DNA of 64,000 bases from Flectonema sp. DT1601 (taxonomy: Eukaryota), in the NCBI GenBank assembly GCA_964019425.1, contig OZ025798.1:434001-498000 (forward strand), written 5' to 3'. A model generated the notes under the pieces. That model ran no database searches and was not told the DNA's origin. It was given only the letters and a program-made list of their open reading frames with translations. The translations under genes were made by a program, and so were the position numbers. Below are positions 61,501 through 64,000 of the stretch, in pieces. Every line of letters starts with the position of its first letter. The first letter of the stretch is position 1.

Positions 61501-64000
61501 TGTAGCTGTTAACGTTATGTCAATAACATCAACGATATCTTGTCTGGTGGTACAGAGTTCTTTTATAACTAATTTTGCTGACAGGGAGGTAGGAGCTGTA
61601 GCTCCATTCAATGAAACAGTTGTAAGCAACACCTCTCTATAGAAAGGAAGGATAGGAGTACCCCATAAAATGACATCTTCACCCGAACCACTGTTTTGAC
61701 CATGTCTTGTTAGGATGTGAATATCAAAAGTTACACAAGCTGTGCTTAACTCTCCTCTACCTGGAGATAGCTTGTTGGATTCATCCGCACCAACAAACGT
61801 CAAACTGAGGTCTTGAAAAGCACAATAGTCACTCTGGATTTCTAAGTTTGTTGGCTGAATGATTAATCCGTCGAAAGCTGCTTTTCCACAAGTCGTAGTT
61901 TGAGTTTTTACATCCCTGTCCACACAGTCAAATGGCATTGCAACAGAGTTCAGTATAGGACGGGTTCCGTCGACTACAATTTTTTGTCGAAGTGTAAAAA
62001 AAACAGATGGCCAGTCTTCACTAGTTCCAAGACCAGTTACCCTAACGACGTAACGCTCGCCACGACGAGCGTTGATTGATACTGATGGAGTCGTTCCTCT
62101 TCCACATAATACGGTTTGACTACCTGAAGGTGTTAGTATCGATTGAACTGTCATTGGTTTACTTGAGAATGGTCCAATAACTTCCAATGAAAACTCGGGA
62201 GATACGAATCTATGATCACCAAGTACTTCGATTTCAGTTTTGCCACTGTTTGCTGCTGTTATAACAAACCAATTATCTAAATCAAACTCATTCCACTCCG
62301 CAGCTACACCAGTATGACCTGAGAAACATATAGATCCAGGGTTACCTCTATTAGAAACACTTGCGATGTGAATACTGTTTTCACGATCAAAACAGATTGG
62401 TAAAGGTTCATTAATCTTTAAGTCTTCAATTGGTTCCAAAGGTATCATTTCTGGTCCGTTAATGGATCCACAGCAGCATCCAGCTGGGAGTGAAGGTATT
62501 TTTAAGCATTGGCAAAGACCAAGATCTCTAGCGGTTTGTGTTGAAAAAACACAACCTGCCTTTGTACAGTCGTCTTGAAGGATGTGTCTTCTACACATAT
62601 CATAATTACCAGCACCTTCAAGAGTTTGAAGGGAGTATCCAGTGGTCTGACTGCTTACAATTGGAATTCCACTTTCACAGACGGGATTGCCGTATTGATC
62701 AGTAACTTGTACTTCGATTCTGCCTACTGAGGATCCAATGACAACATATGAAGGTGTAGTTGTCTGTAGCATCATTGCCTCTCCAGCAACAACAGTCAGA
62801 TATAATTCAGAAGATTGTAACGGAGGTGAGAAAGCTCTAAGAATTAGTTGACCACCTTCTGGAATCTTTTCCGGAACAGTAATTGATACTTTACAACTAT
62901 TCGGTGAACCTGATCTACATGAGCTGACCTGTTGTGGTACTGCTCGTCTCATATCGTCACTGTCTGATGTGTGTCTTGTTGGGATGTTATTAATACTGAT
63001 GTCAATATGTTCTCCCCAGGCAACAAATCCTCCTCCCAAGTCAGCAGAATTCACAGTTATTTCTATAGTCGATCCTGCTGTAACTTTTCCGGAAGTTACA
63101 CCTGCTGAGCACATCAGAAGTTGATGTGGTGCAGAAGATTTGAAAGAAATATCTAACGGTGGAGTTACTAAGTTTGTTGACATATGTTTAATTGAGAGTT
63201 CAACAGATCCTCCACTTGAACTTCCACATTGATCAGAACGATCATAATGAAGAGCAATACCAGCGAAGTTAGCTATTCCATCTGAGGTTACTCGAACTTC
63301 ATTTTGCACATAGAGATCAGGTACTTCTAAAGTCGCTTCTTCAGACGAAAACAACGTAGCGATACTTGTTGCTGGATACTCACACCAAAATTGCATCAAC
63401 ATCTCACACGATACTGCTTCAAAAGGATAAGCCATACATTCACCAAAGTTACTTGGGTCAGGATCATGTAGTCCTTTACAACATCTGTTAACAGGATCAC
63501 TGTTGTACTTTTTATTAAAATATGAGGCACTTGCACTGCTGTCCCACATAACGACAGGAGGATTCGTAGTCGTGTCCACTACAGTAAGACCACTCCAAAA
63601 AGGTTTGCCTTGTGAACGTGATGTGACTAGTTTCTCTACAGCTTCACTGTCAACAGTGAGAAGAGTTCCTCCCTCAGCAAGACACTTGTCGGAAGCTAAT
63701 GTGCGAGATGTTGGGTTGAGGTAGTGTTCGAGACATTTACCTTCTAATAATGTTCTGTAGGTGTTACTCTCTTGACCCTCATCCCAAGGGCATTCAGTCA
63801 TCGCGGATTGCGGTAAGCGAACTGCATTACCGAAACCGTCAACCACTTGTGCTGTTACAGAGAACAGTTCACCGTTTAGGACCTCTTGTCTCTCTGGTCT
63901 TCCAACAAATTTTAAACGAGACACATTACCAGAGATAATATGAACTTCTTGAAGTAATGTGTTCTTAGCATTCGGAGACCAGAACAACAGCTGTAAAGCT
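37521..64000 (-). CDS. Giant mosaic extracellular-type protein (5'-partial, at least 8,650 aa in window): Ig-like repeats with C-type lectin, WSC, PAN, kelch, LamG-like, EGF and Cys-rich modules
   Basis: Track ORFs 42523..63987, 39313..42351 and 37521..38552, plus four small exons, join in one frame through introns 42534-42468, 42393-42317, 39343-39263, 39151-39078, 38869-38744 and 38680-38580. The frame is open to the right edge. It carries recurrent AGxxFxVxVxxxDxxGN...GxAxFxxLxY repeats, YVGCYKD/LIGCY WSC motifs, FIFGG/FVYGG/VLFGG kelch blades and CSGHGVC...CVC EGF motifs. Confidence 0.93.

Noticed and set aside
42615..63938. Numerous short plus-strand and alternate-frame ORFs inside the giant gene
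   Set aside because: They are expected antisense or shifted shadows of a long coding exon and have no recognisable motifs.

Overview
AT-rich eukaryotic (protist) genomic DNA. It is most consistent with a euglenozoan such as a diplonemid; this is an inference from co-oriented genes, short GT-AG introns and kinetoplastid-style adenylate cyclases. All ten host genes I can reconstruct lie on the minus strand. From left to right they are: a ubiquitin-like + BspA-type LRR gene built on a 75-bp tandem array (missed by the ORF track because it runs off the left edge), an Ig-like/ARM protein, an IQ/coiled-coil protein, a Wee1-like pseudokinase, a peroxiredoxin-fold protein lacking its catalytic Cys, a degenerate receptor cyclase, a sedolisin (S53) peptidase, a CCDC177-like coiled-coil protein, a two-domain adenylate cyclase, and the 3' part of a giant (>8,600 aa) extracellular-type mosaic protein. 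Two decayed DNA transposons sit between genes: a piggyBac and an unclassified element with bipartite inverted repeats. The most notable signals are: (1) lectin/kelch/LamG domains nested inside loops of an Ig-like scaffold in the giant protein; (2) a combinatorially shuffled UBL-LRR array; (3) a UGA-CGG stop followed by a 54-codon in-frame extension; (4) two compositionally opposite classes of 3' splice site; (5) an intron with an inverted copy downstream of its own gene. Domain calls come from motif recognition by eye, with no database searches.
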